A stretch of DNA of 64,000 nucleotides, taken from positions 1-64,000 of the forward strand of contig NIVC01000736.1 in assembly GCA_002269645.1 (NCBI GenBank), given 5' to 3'. Position 1 is the first letter of the stretch. The number at the start of each line of letters is the position of its first letter. Of this stretch, positions 12,210 to 24,500 are shown one piece after another. The translations under genes and the position numbers were made by a program. This DNA is from Macrostomum lignano (taxonomy: Eukaryota). The notes under the pieces were generated by a model that worked only from the letters and a program-made list of their open reading frames with translations, did not search any database and was not told the origin of the DNA.

Positions 12210-14167
12210 TGTAATGGCTATAGTAGGAAAGGCTGGAGTGTGCTGAGACGAAAGGTGGAGCGCTGCTAGTTGGGCTGATCGATATTTGTTTATTTTCAAA
12301 CGATGGATAAATCACGCCACCAGAGTGCAGGTGAAGAATCGTAAAGTGCATGCATTGTACGTACTGTACGCAGGGCGATGTACATATAGACTGGGCTAGC
12401 GAGAACACAACATCTCTCTCCACGCGCGGATTAGTAATAAGGGGGTAAAAACAAAATATTGTAACAAAGAATACATATTGTCAAAGTCTGCTGCTACCAA
12501 GCAATCACTGAGGCCTAATGCCTCCTGAGGTCCGGCTCCTTGTAGTTCTTGGCCCCGTCTTTGGCCTGGCGTGGGTGCGGCCTGGCCGCGATCGGCTCCG
12601 CGGGCTCGCCGGGCGCCTCTTGGCCGCCGGTCTCGCCGATGGACTCGGCCTGCTGCGTGGCCGGGGGGCTCCGGCAGCTTCTTGACCTGAGTGGCGTGCT
12701 GTCGGCAAGTGGTCTCGCCGCGCTGAATAACAAGGGCATTTTCCTGAAATTCGCCACAGTCCACGGTACGGTTTCAACGAAGGTGCTACTGGCGCCGTAG
12801 GACGCGCTCGGTTGGATTTGATGGTCCCGCTGGTCGCGGTAGTCCTTCATCTTCTCTTTGGCCTTCCGATCCGTTCCGGCAATGGCGGCCCGCGACACTT
12901 TCACAGGTCGCGAGTGGTGAAGACTGGGGATCGCGTCATTGACTTGGCGTCCGAAGAGCAGGTTTGCCGGGGCGACTCCTGTCGAGCTGTGCGGCGTGCG
13001 CGGCCAGGTATTCGTCGACAGCTACCGTCCAGTCTTTTCCTTCGGCGAAAGCTGCGCGTATGGCTTTGTTGAGGCGGCCCTCGTTGCAGCGCTCGGTGGC
13101 TCCGTTGGCCTGCGGGTAGAGCGGCGTGATCCGATGATGGTGGACTCCTTGGTCTTTCTGGAAGTTGGTTAAATCCGCTGATGAGAAGGGCGACACCTTG
13201 TCAGTCGACATCTTGAGCGGCTGGCCGAAAATGCTACACATACATGCGCAACATTCGGCCGAGTCGGCCGATCCGGCCGACCGATTTGGCGGCCAACCAA
13301 GGTAAGTCGCAAAAATGCCCACCCGAATAAATACCCAAGTAGTACTAAGTAGATGACGAAGCATCTTGCCTTAATAAGACAGTTATAGTTACTCCTACCG
13401 TGTACCCAAAGTTGCGTTAATTTTGCGTTAGGGTTTCTTTTACATGTAAGTCGCATTTTTGGCCAAAAACTACGTCGCATTTTTGTTAAAACTAAGTCGC
13501 ACCGAATTTTGGAGGTTGCGCATGTATGATGCTACATCACCGTCGGAGCACGCGTGTGGTGGCGGCGGCCGTTGTGTCTGCCATAGCTTCAACCAGCGGA
13601 ACCGAGAAAAGTGGTCGGTGCAGACGAGTAGCGATTTTCCTTTGACGGGCCCCAGGAAGTCAAGGTCGAGATCGAGCCATGGCCTATCCGGTAGATCCGT
13701 CGGCTTCAAGCGCGTTGCCTTTGTAGTCGCCTCGCTGTTGGAGGCCGCGCAGCTGATGCAGGCGGCCACATGAGTCTCCACTGCCGAGTGCATGCCCGGT
13801 CACCAGACCTTCGATTACAGGCGGTCTAGTTTGCATGCCTTGATGAGCCAGTTGAAGGCACCGGAACCGTAGCACCTCAGGCACGAACAGCTGGCTGTCG
13901 CGCAATAGGAGGCCTTCGTGCTCCGACAGCTCGTGCCTGACGCCTCAGATGTCCTTCAGATCCGCGTCATTGGAGTCCGTGGAGTCCTTGGAGACGAAAG
14001 GTGGAGCCCTGCTAATTGGGCTGATCGATATTTATTTATTTTCAGACGATGAATAAAATCCCGTCACCAGAGTGGGGGTGAAGGATCGCCGCACTTAAAT
14101 TGCATGAATTTTACGTAGGCCGATGTACTCGTACATATAAATTGGGCTCGCATGGGCACTAAAAACA
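12210..14167 (-). mobile_element. Gypsy relic: integrase region between two diverged LTR-like copies (12210-12412 and about 13985-14167)
   Basis: Integrase motifs DRPWLDLDLDFLGPV, DHFSRF, FGQPLKMSTDKVSPF, ITPLYPQANGATER. A GGAGAGAGA polypurine tract directly precedes TGTTG at 12412 on the minus strand. The two copies share gagacgaaaggtggagc.ctgcta.ttgggctgatcgatattt. Confidence 0.85.
13239..13528. mobile_element. 290-bp MITE with 14-bp TIRs and 8-bp TSD (hAT- or P-like)
   Basis: TIR CATACATGCGCAAC / GTTGCGCATGTATG; TSD ATGCTACA at 13231-13238 and 13529-13536; interrupts the Gypsy integrase. Confidence 0.93.
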
Positions 14168-14186
14168 TAATCACCTAGTGCTATCT

Positions 14187-14360
14187 GTTGAAGGTGCCGA
14201 CGACGTCAGCGTGATGACGGAATGCGTGAGAGACTACAGCTGAGGACGTCCAGCTGAGGATGAGGATAAGCATTTATTTCCCTTTGGAATAAACCGATCG
14301 AGGCAGTCATGAATAAACAAAGTTTGTATGTAAATGTACTCGTAGAATAACTCAATCACT
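14187..14360. mobile_element. Possible solo LTR
   Basis: Starts TGTTG, contains AATAAA, ends in ctcaatca/ctcaaca; no TSD found. Confidence 0.3.
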
Positions 14361-14478
14361 TCATCATTCTAAAGATGCTGAACTCAACAACTCCATCATT
14401 CTAAAGATGCTGAACTCAACAACTCCATCATTCTAAAGATGCTGAACTCAACAACTCCATCATTCTAAAGATGCTGAA
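14350..14478. repeat. 32-bp tandem repeat, about 4 copies
   Basis: Unit aactcaacaactccatcattctaaagatgctg. Confidence 0.9.
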
Positions 14479-15039
14479 GCAGTTTAACTGCAGAATCGGT
14501 TAACCTTTACCGTACATCGTTGACCCAAATTTGCGCATAATTCATGTACGGCGTGAATGTGTATGTGATTGGCTTGTAAACCTGTAGGTCACTCGAGAAT
14601 GCCACTTGTTGCTCCGGGTGTGCACTCTTTTCTCGGTTACACAAGTTCAGAATTAAGCAGTTCCATTCAACCCCGAGCTTTCAAGTACGAGCTAAGTTTA
14701 GTCGTCAAGCAATATTTCCTGAATTAAATGGCTATGCACTGACAGAAGCTGAAGGCTGTAATGAAGCAAGCTTGTTGGTTACTAAATATGGAATATCACA
14801 ATTCGAATTTGGTTGAAAAAAGCTCGATGCGGGATTTGATGTCTTGTTAATCATTGCCGTCATCTGTCAGTTAATAATTTCTAATTTACGACTATTGATG
14901 AAGCCGACGAGCTTGAGATGCCGCGAGCTCAAAGTGTTTCATGAAAAGCGGAAGCGGAGCTCGAAATAGACGAGAGCGGAACTAGAATAACTGGGAGGCG
15001 GAGATGGAACGGGCATTGGGAACTGAGAGGAGCAAATTG

Positions 15040-15494
15040 GGGGAGGGAGGAGCGGATTGGGGGAGGGAGGAGCGGATTGGGGGAGGGAAGAGCGGATTGG
15101 GGGAGGGAAGAGCGGATTGGGGGAGGGAGGAGCGGATTGGGGGAGGAAGGAGCGGATTGGGGGAGGGAGGAGAGGATTGGGGAGGGAGGAGCGGATTAGG
15201 GGAGGGAGGAGCGGATTGGGGAGGGAGGAGCGGATTGGGTAGGAGGGAGGAGCGGATTGGGGGAGGAAGGAGCGGATTGGGGGAGGGAGGAGAGGATTGG
15301 GGGAGGGAGGAGCGGATTGGGGGAGGGAGGAGCGGATTGGGGAGGGAGGAGCGGATTGGGTAGGAGGGAGGAGCGGATTGGGGAGGAGGGAGGAGCGGAT
15401 TGGGGAGGAGGGAGGAGCGGATTGGGGAGGAGGGAGGAGCGGATTGGGGAGGAGGGAGGAGCGGATTGGGGGAGGGAGGAGCGGATTGGGGGGA
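15040..15494. repeat. G-rich minisatellite (GGAGGGAGGAGCGGATTGGG variants)
   Basis: Directly visible; lies just 3' of the G-alpha stop codon. Confidence 0.95.
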
Positions 15495-15550
15495 GTGTGA
15501 GCGCATCGGAGCGAAAGCCGTCAGCCACTGCAGTCAAGCGAGCCGCCCGA

Positions 15551-18500
15551 TCACAGAATGCCGAATCGCTCGAGATGCTTGTCAATGATGAACCGCCGGC
15601 AGCCCTCCAGCACCTTTTTGACATTGTCGGTGTTCACAGCGCAGGTGAAGTAGCTGTAGCAGGCGTGGTAGTGGTACTCGAATTTGTACTCCGAGCGCCG
15701 CTTTCTCGATGCAATTTCCTGGAATTGTTTATCCATCAGAGCGATAATAATAATAACTGATTACGCCTGCCCCAATTGGATGTGCAACCGACAGCTCAGC
15801 CGCAGTTATTGCGCGGCGCATCTGAAGGCTGCGTACGGCGTTCAGTCCAAAGACTGAAGGGTCGCCTCGCACCCCTTAAATTACCCCAGCCAATGCTGGC
15901 ACCCATTTTACAGCTGGGTGAACTGAAGCAATGCAGAGTTGAATGTCTTGCTCAAGGACACGAATTGTTCCAGTGGGATCGGGAATCGAACCCCCAACCT
16001 TCAAGTCGTGAGTCCGACGCTCTAACCACTAGGCTACAGCCCCGGCCTGAGCATCAGAGCCTGACATCATCTCTAAAATTTCCCGATTAGATCTCGGCTG
16101 TCAGCTGCTCACCTGAAAGATTCTCTGTACGTAGCAGGCGAACCTGACCGTCTCCGGGTGGACCGCCGATTCCTCTGCAGCTGGAGACGACTCCAATTCC
16201 AGGCGAGGGAACGCAGTGATGAAGTCTCTGCGGTCCGATTCTGCAGGGAAGGTGTGACACATCCTGGCGCAGCGCCTTCGGCGACATGGGTCCCACAACC
16301 GGTGCTGAGGCGATTCAGCCCATTCCACTGACTCCCGGGCACACACAAGCGCGTCAATACTGTTCGCAAACACGCACTCACACAACACGCAGGCACGCAC
16401 TCACACACACGCAGGCACGCACTCACACACACGCAGGCACGCACTCACACACACGCAGGCACGCACTCACACACACGCAGGCACGCACTCACACACACGC
16501 AGGCACGCACTCACACACACGCAGGCACGCACTCACACACACGCAGGCACGCACTCACACACACGCAGGCACGCACTCACACGCACGCTCACACAAAATG
16601 TACAGCGGCCCTAACTTTCTAATCGTCAGGTATGTGCACTCTCTTTGACTTGGGGGTTGGTCTTCATGAAAGCACAAGCCCCAAATGGATGTGGCCAATT
16701 GAACTCTGAGTCGTGGCGCCAGAGCCAGACCCGTTCCTCTGCTCCCGGATCAGCCGCGAAGTCTCAGGAAACTGACCTGGAGGCTGGAACGCTTCCAAAC
16801 TGAAGCTGCAAATAAAGCGCCTGAGGTTGATGGGGCCGACGCACGACTTCTTTCGCATGTCCGGCTCCATGACCACCCCGCAACCGTCGTGGTCGACGAG
16901 ACAACCCGCCGCCGCCGCCGCCGCGGCTTCCGCCTCCAGGCAGTGGTTGATCAGAGCCTGCGGCGACCGGCCGGCGCGCACTTTCTCCTCCAGCTGGTCG
17001 ATCTTGTTGATGAACAGCAAGATGGACACGTCCTGCAGGTAGCGGTTGAGCCAAACCTCCTGGAACGTGTCGAGCGACTCCAACAGTCGATTCTTCGGCA
17101 TTGGCGAGTCATCGTCCTCTTTCAAGATCAGGTCAAAGCTGCTCACATCGCACAGGTAGAGAATGGCCGTCACGTTGTTGAAGCACTGGATCCACTTGCG
17201 CCTCTCGCCACGCTGACCGCCCACGTCGAACACGCTGTCAAAGTTGAAATTTTGCATTCATTCAAGATGATTTTTCAACCCAAGCTTACTAGAAGTGTCA
17301 CCCATTCTGCTGTTTCACTGTCGCAAGCTTGGAGAATTCCAAAACGAGTGCCAAATCACTCACCGAAACTTAACCGTGTGCCCGCCGTCTTTAATGTCGA
17401 AATTGATGTCGGAGATGTCGCTGGTCATCACGCGACAGCGCAGGATGTCCTGATCGCTGGGCGTGTAGCCCGGGTCGCTGAACTGGCGCACCCTGTCTAG
17501 GAAACTGCGCTCGGAGTCGAGGCAGACAGGGGACAGGAGAGCCAATGATTTGATCCAAGTCAGCGTCTCACATCTCAAAATCAGAAACCTAACGTGGAAG
17601 TGCTAGTCATGGATGGGGCCGCAAACCCAGGGCCCTTTTGACATAGCCCTGCCCGCCCGCCGGCTACTCACTATTTTGCGCAGTCAATCAGCTGGTAGCT
17701 GCTCGAGTTCTTGTAGCTCAGCTGGACGCCCGAGTCGCGCCAGAGCGTCTCCACGGCGGCGAAGAACTCAAGCGAGTAGTCGAACGGGTCCCGGTCGGCC
17801 GGCAGGCTGTTGCTGGTCTGATTCTCCGACATCAGCTCCAGCAGCCACCGGCCCAGGCGTTGATTGTCAGGCGTGTCGAAGTCCAGCGCGAGCTTTTGCA
17901 TGCCGGCAACGATGCACTGCGGGCATTTTGGCGGGCGGGGCTTGACCGGATGTGATAACAGCATTCCCAGCTGCGCTAGCCAACATTCCTAACTCCGCTG
18001 AATGATAGGAAATATTCCCAGTCTGTTGGAAAAGCACCCGACTACTGCAGCTTCGCCCCGTCAACGGAGCGAAACGCACTACTAAAAGTTCAGACAGCGA
18101 CCTACAACAGGCGCTGCCGTAAACAGAACTGGAAACTGACGCCGAAGCGCCACTCCCAGACTAATGTAAAAAAGTACGCAGCGCTGACCAATGAATGAGG
18201 TTGGGAAGGTTGGGGCAGAAAGGAAGCTGCTGAGCTGGCTTCAAAAGCGCACTGATAAATAGAAGGCAGTATTTTTCCAGTTTCCAATATTCCAGTTTCC
18301 CAAAGTTTAACAAAAAGTTCACTCCAGCTTTTTTCAACCATGTCAACAAGGAGTATCGTAGCGGCGGCCATCGCTGAAAGCAGTGCTCACGGAATCGGCA
18401 GAGCTGTTGGCGCCCGGTCGATCGCACTCAAGATCATGTGGACCGTCCTGTTCCTTGTGTTTCTGGTTCTCTGCTGCAGGAGCTCCTGGAGTCTCATTGA

Positions 18501-21500
18501 GAAGCTCATCAACATCACCATCGACCAGACTTATGAGGCAGAGAAGGTTCCATTCGAGTTCCCGGACCTCTACCTGTGTCCGAGTCTGATCTACTCAGGC
18601 AGCATTCCCTACACGCTGCAGGAGAATGAGGCCAAGATCGTAAATGATGAGGTTGAGAGGCTGAACCGGCTCTATGACAGGCTCTACTGCGAAAATGACT
18701 CCAAATTGTGTACTGGGCCTCACGAAACACTTCCAAGGGTGTCGAAGATACAGATGTCGATGCCTGTGCACATTCTTCAGAAGTACTTACTGCAGAGTAG
18801 GCTGCAGGCGTTTCTAATTCCTCCTGCCGTGATGCACTCGTCGCTGTCTCAGAGCAAGTTCCAAACTGGTATAACGACATTTCTCCACCCGAACAACGAA
18901 GTTTGTTTCAAGGTGAACTTGCCGGAAGAGGAATACGATAATCTCAACTACAGGCGGTCCAACGTGCTTGCCTGGCCGTTCGTAGACCCTCACAATTCCG
19001 ATTTCAACTATGGGGGCGCGGCCATCAATCCGATTACCAACCCGTTCAACAACGAGAGCGTGCCGTTCGAGGACTGGCAGACAACAGACGGGTATTACGG
19101 CCTGTCCAGCCTGGGCTACAATCTGCAGGTGGTACCCAGAGGCGCGTATCCTTCACCGCTGCACGAGACCAAAGTGAGCCTGGCTGCAGGCAGGCAGTAC
19201 GAGATCTCACTCGAAATGGAAGACAAAGAGTTCAGCTCAGAGCTGCACGGAACGTACTGCAACCCGAGCCAAGCCAAGCCGGAGTTCCAGGACCAGCTGA
19301 CCGGTGCACGGAAGGAGTACACGAACAGCCGAGGCGCCTGTTTCTTCATCCACATGAGCACCCTGTTGGAAAACCGGTTCAAGGTTCTCTTCTCCCAGTA
19401 CCCAAAGCCCTGGAAATGGAAGGACGTGCCCATGATTGAAAACATGACGGAGATCGCCATGAGCAACATATCAAGTGCGAAAACGTCAATTGAAGAGAAG
19501 ATGAAAGATTTCATTGACAAGCACACTCAACAGGTGATCGACCACTGCACGAAGCACCAGCCTTGCGAGTACAAGAAGTACACCGTCCAGACCACTTCAA
19601 TGAAATGGCCGAGATCGAGTAAGGGATTGGCCAGATTTATACTGAAGTTTTTCGGTTCCTACATCGCGTCGTTTAAAAAATGTTGCCCTGGAACTGCTCG
19701 GCTGATCGAACTGGCTAAGAACTTCTCATCAGGTGAGCTGCCCCAAATCTGCACCTCGTGCTAGAGGAATTTATTCTTGCCAAACTGATTAACCAGAGAT
19801 AGCAGGCATGACATGTAGAGATTCTACTGCACTCCCAACACTGCAGGAAACCATTCCGCCCACACTGAGTCGTTCTTTCGCGACTACGTCTCTCAGTCCA
19901 TGATCCAAGTCATGCTCTCGGTGAAGAGTCCCATGTCGCCGAAGATCACCATGGCCTACTCCTACTCATGGGTGGCCTTCCTGGCTGACATGGGCGGAAC
20001 CCTCGGCCTGTACATCGGCTGCAGCCTGCTGACCCTGTGCGAACTACTGGAGTTGGCCTACCACCTGTTGATGGGCGTAGTGGCGTCTCGGGCCAAGCCC
20101 AGCGACCCCAGCGACAAGGATATTATTGATCGGGAGGCGGAAATCGTCATGACAGCTGGGGTGAAATCCGAGCAAGCTGAGGTCGAGCTGGCGGCTTGAT
20201 GGTGGGCTGGACTTGCCGTGTGACAGGGGACTGATGTGGCAGGGGACTGGAGTGACAGGGGACTGGAGTGACAGGGACTCGTGTGACAGGGGACTGGTGT
20301 GACAGGGGACTGGTGTGACAGAGGATTGGTGTGATGGGGTATTGGTGTATCAGGGACTGGGGTGCCAGGGGACTGTTGTGCCAGGGGACTGGTGTGACAG
20401 GGGACTGATGTGACAGAGGACTGGTGTGACAGGGGACTGATGTGACAGGCGACTGGTGTGTCAGGAAAAGAGCGCCAATCAACTGTCGACAGGGTGACTA
20501 CTAGATATAAACAGACTTAATGATACTTTTTCCTTTAAACGTTTTTAGACTTTCAACCCTTGCCTAGTTGCCTCTAAACACGAGCATATGTAAATTGTAA
20601 ACATAAAATTGTTAAAATTCGAAAATTTGCAGAGCAATCTGTCAAACCCCAGCAGTTCCTGACCACGCGCCATCCCTCCTTGTTAATCCAAAAGGCTGGT
20701 GGTTGGAGTGAAGCTCCGTCGTTTGAATCAACAGCACACCCCGGATGTACTTTAAGATATTTCATCCGTACGAGCTAAACTGAACCTACCAAAAACGGCT
20801 TCACCGCGTCACTTTACTGTAAGTAGAGCAAGTGACCATGAGCTTCGAAGAAATTAATAGCAACACCCAGTTGCTCCTAAGGAATGAAAGGAATGTCCAT
20901 GCAGTGTGGCAGTGAATATAAAATTTTGTTTGATGTTTGCAAGCAAAAAGCGTGTAATCTGTTTCTGCAAGTTTGCCTAGTCCAGCAAAAATTGACTAAA
21001 AATAAGCTTTTTTATCCACTTCACATAATGCTTGAATCATTTTCTTAATTTCGTATCTTTACTTTCTGCACGTTATATTAGAAAAAAGAAATACACTTTT
21101 CTATTAGTAGCTAAGTAACAAAGATAAAACGAATGATTTCTATTTTTTTCATTGAAATTCCCCCTGCTGCTGCTGCTGCTGGGTGATCAATCAGGATGCA
21201 GAAGTGCTGCAGTGCCTGCGTGTCGTCTGTCAGGCCCTGTGTGGAGAACTCGCATTATACTAATTAAATTATTGCATTATGGGCAATCGCACTGAAGTTG
21301 ACAGGCGGACAGCAAAACTCTTCCAATTTCCTCTTCCAAACTCTGCCATTTTGTATCAAGTTGCACTACTGAGATAAATATGTTCAGCTTCTTACATAAA
21401 ATTGGCTATTGTCTTAAGTTACGTGCTTCTGTAGATATTTTGGGAAGAATATATTTTTAAGTTTTCTGACAAAAAGAATAACTTTTTCGTGTCTGTTTAA

Positions 21501-24500
21501 GGGCACAGTATTCTCGGCTGCTTCCGGTCACCAGTAGTATGTTCTTGAAGATTTTAATTGACAAACAATACATAAGATCGGATTCATATTGGGAGTTCAT
21601 ATGATGAGAAGTGAGATTTACACCGGTAGGCATGTGCGTGTCGAGGGGCCAGCCTACTCGTAAATCTTCGTGGCTCGCTTCCCATTGGCTGCATCTCCTA
21701 ACAGACCACCAACCTGGGTTTTTTGGGCCATACGGAGTTTTTTGGCCCCTTGAAAATTTCATTGGCAACTGGATTTTAGGTATCAGAGGCCAATCTGGCA
21801 ACTACATTTTCCCTGTACCAGTTGCCGATTTCAAAAAATGATTTTGTAAGTGTAATAAAAGTGCCATATAAATTGATATGATCATATGATGGAATTGTTA
21901 GTTTGTTATTATTTGCAGCATAGATAGCAATCTTAGAGTTAAGGGAACAAATTTCTGCTTTTCAAACGTAGCCCTGGAAATATCCATCCTCGATATCCAT
22001 CCATCCTCCAATGGGCAACCAAAAATAGGCATTGGCAACTTGCACTGGATTTTGAGCCCCAAGGGCCAGCTGGCAACTGGATTTCCAATCTTAGAAAAAA
22101 CCCAGCCACCAACCAACCAATCGGCGCTCACTGACGGGTAGGGGTCGCGCCTACCTCACTCCGCGTTCCACCCAGCTATTCCCATTGGCTGGCGGCTTCA
22201 GCCAATCAACTTCTGCCAGTACACACAGGCCGCAAGGTGAACATTCTCACCGCTATGGAATCCCGGATATTTCTTCGCATGTAGGGCAGCAGCTCCAGGC
22301 GCTCTCTGCAAAGTTATATTTTTGCTTAAATTATGTCGAAACATTAAATATTTTACAAGCAAGAAACAACACTGAGTTGCAGTCTGCGACCCACTTGTTG
22401 CTGAAACCGTTGATGTGAATGATCTGCATCTGCTTGCGGACAGTCGACTTGCCCGACTCTCCCGTGCCTGCAATGCAGAGAATTATGAATCATATGTTCT
22501 CTGTCGCTGCATAGGAAAACAGTAAAACAATTGCACTGACAATTGCACTGACGAATAAAGTTCGAAACAGTCAAAATACTGCGCAAATTTTCGAAGGCTT
22601 CTCGTGAAAATAATAAGACTAAATAAAATTAGAGAATACCAGCGTTAAGGCAATAAGCCTTCATGGAGGCATTCAAATTCAAAATTCAAACATTGAAAGC
22701 AATAAAAAACACAATTCTTCGAATATTTGACCCACTTTAAAATCGAATTTTTCATCGTTTGAAGTTTTATATAAGCTCTCTTAAGCCCCATGGGGTGCGT
22801 TCAAATTCAAATAAAAAATTCGAATACTTGATTTCAAGCATTAAAAAACATTGTTTTTCGAATTTGACCCACTTCCAATTGTGGAGTTTTACGAGCATAT
22901 ACCAATTTTCCAAATAAATATGAATTAACTGGGCGCATAACATACAGCCCCCATCTGCAACTGCGCCATCCTCTGTGTTGTAAAATAACACAAACAAGAT
23001 CAGAGCAGATTAGGGGGTTGATGAAAAAACGCTTCGCACACCGCATTTTAGCCGTTTCAGACCAGCTTTATACCCCCGCTCTCTTTCATCGATCGTCTAT
23101 CAGACTGGTTGGTAAACGACAAATTCAGTCAACACCGCAATTAAATTGCGAGCCCGCCGCGCGATTGTCATAAAACTCCTTAACTTTATTGTGAATGTAC
23201 ATTCTACACTGTATATTGGCCCAAGGAGAGGCCTAATGGTTGAACTGAACAATTAGATAATAAACTGTTATTGTGGGCAGAAAGTGGGTGCAGGGCCTAA
23301 ACCAGTGTATTTATAAACCAACTTAAGGAGGGTGGTTGAGCCCAGAATAAAGAGAGGGGTGGAGTGCGCGACTAAAGAGAGGCGAGAATGGAGAGCCAAT
23401 CAGAAGGCAGCAAGGGAGAGAGATAAGAATAACAAAGTGGAGCTGGACAGAGAGATAGAGAGAAAACAGAGTAAACAGAGTGAAGGTAAACTAAAGAAAT
23501 GACTTAAGAAAGTCGCGACAAGCAGTTTAGATGAACAAAACGTACAGCTTGGTTCTGTAATACTTTAGATGAAATTTGTCTCTATGCCCCAGCAGCTACT
23601 TCCCACCACCGTTCTTTCTTCATTCTAAACGAACATCAAAATTCCTTTAAAAAGAACTGTTACGAGCTCGTAAAAACACGGTGACAAACAACACCAACCC
23701 CCAGCAAACCAGTCTCAATCCTCCGGGTGATAAACTGCGCCAACCCCCAGCCACTAAGGGCACTAACCCAGGGTTATAAACTGCGCCAACCCCAGCCACT
23801 AACAATTAACCAGGGTTATAAACTGCGCCAACCCCAGCCACTAACAACAACCCAGGGTTATAAACTGCGCCAACCCCAGCCACTAACAATAACCCAGGGT
23901 TATAAACTGCGCCAACCCCAGCCACTAACAACAACCCAGGGTTATAAACTGCGCCAACCCCAGCCACTAACAATTACCCAGGGTTATAAACTGCGCCAAC
24001 CCCAGCCACTAACAACAACCCAGGGTTATAAACTGCGCCAACCCCAGCCACTAACAATAACCCAGGGTTATAAACTGCGCCAACCCCAGCCACTAACAAT
24101 AACCCAGGGTTAAGAACTGCGCCAACCCCAGCCACTAACAATTACCCAGGGGTTATAAACTGCGGGAACCCCAAGCCAGTCTCAAAAACGCCACACAAAA
24201 GTAATCTAAATGAAATGCACTAAGAATAAAGTACAATACCATTGCTTGGGGCTAAAAGAGCAACAAGAAAAAACATACAAAAAGCTCATATTCAGAGAAA
24301 ATTCAAGCACGCTCACGACAGCCATCTATGCTGTCAATTCAAAAGGCCAAGCTCCAGTCTCGCTGCCCCACTCCGAACCGTCGCCCCAGCCGCTTTTTGG
24401 CTGCATGGCTAAACGAGACGAATGCCGCCATTTTTGGGGTTCTCAATTTCTCGTGATGGCGAGCAGCGGCAGCAGCTCAGGCCGAGACCGGTGATGATGA

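Noticed and set aside
15960-16040. tRNA gene on the minus strand
   Set aside because: A and B boxes are present, but there is no convincing cloverleaf and the sequence continues into a SINE core and tail.
19762-19818. DEG/ENaC as a pseudogene with three in-frame stops
   Set aside because: All three stops fall within a phase-compatible GT-AG intron (19733-19846).
21760-22110. Additional X-boxes (repeated GGCAAC)
   Set aside because: Only half-sites in direct repeats; more likely subterminal motifs of a decayed transposon.
23270-23700. Solo LTR
   Set aside because: LTR-like composition, but no clear TG...CA ends, TSD or second copy.
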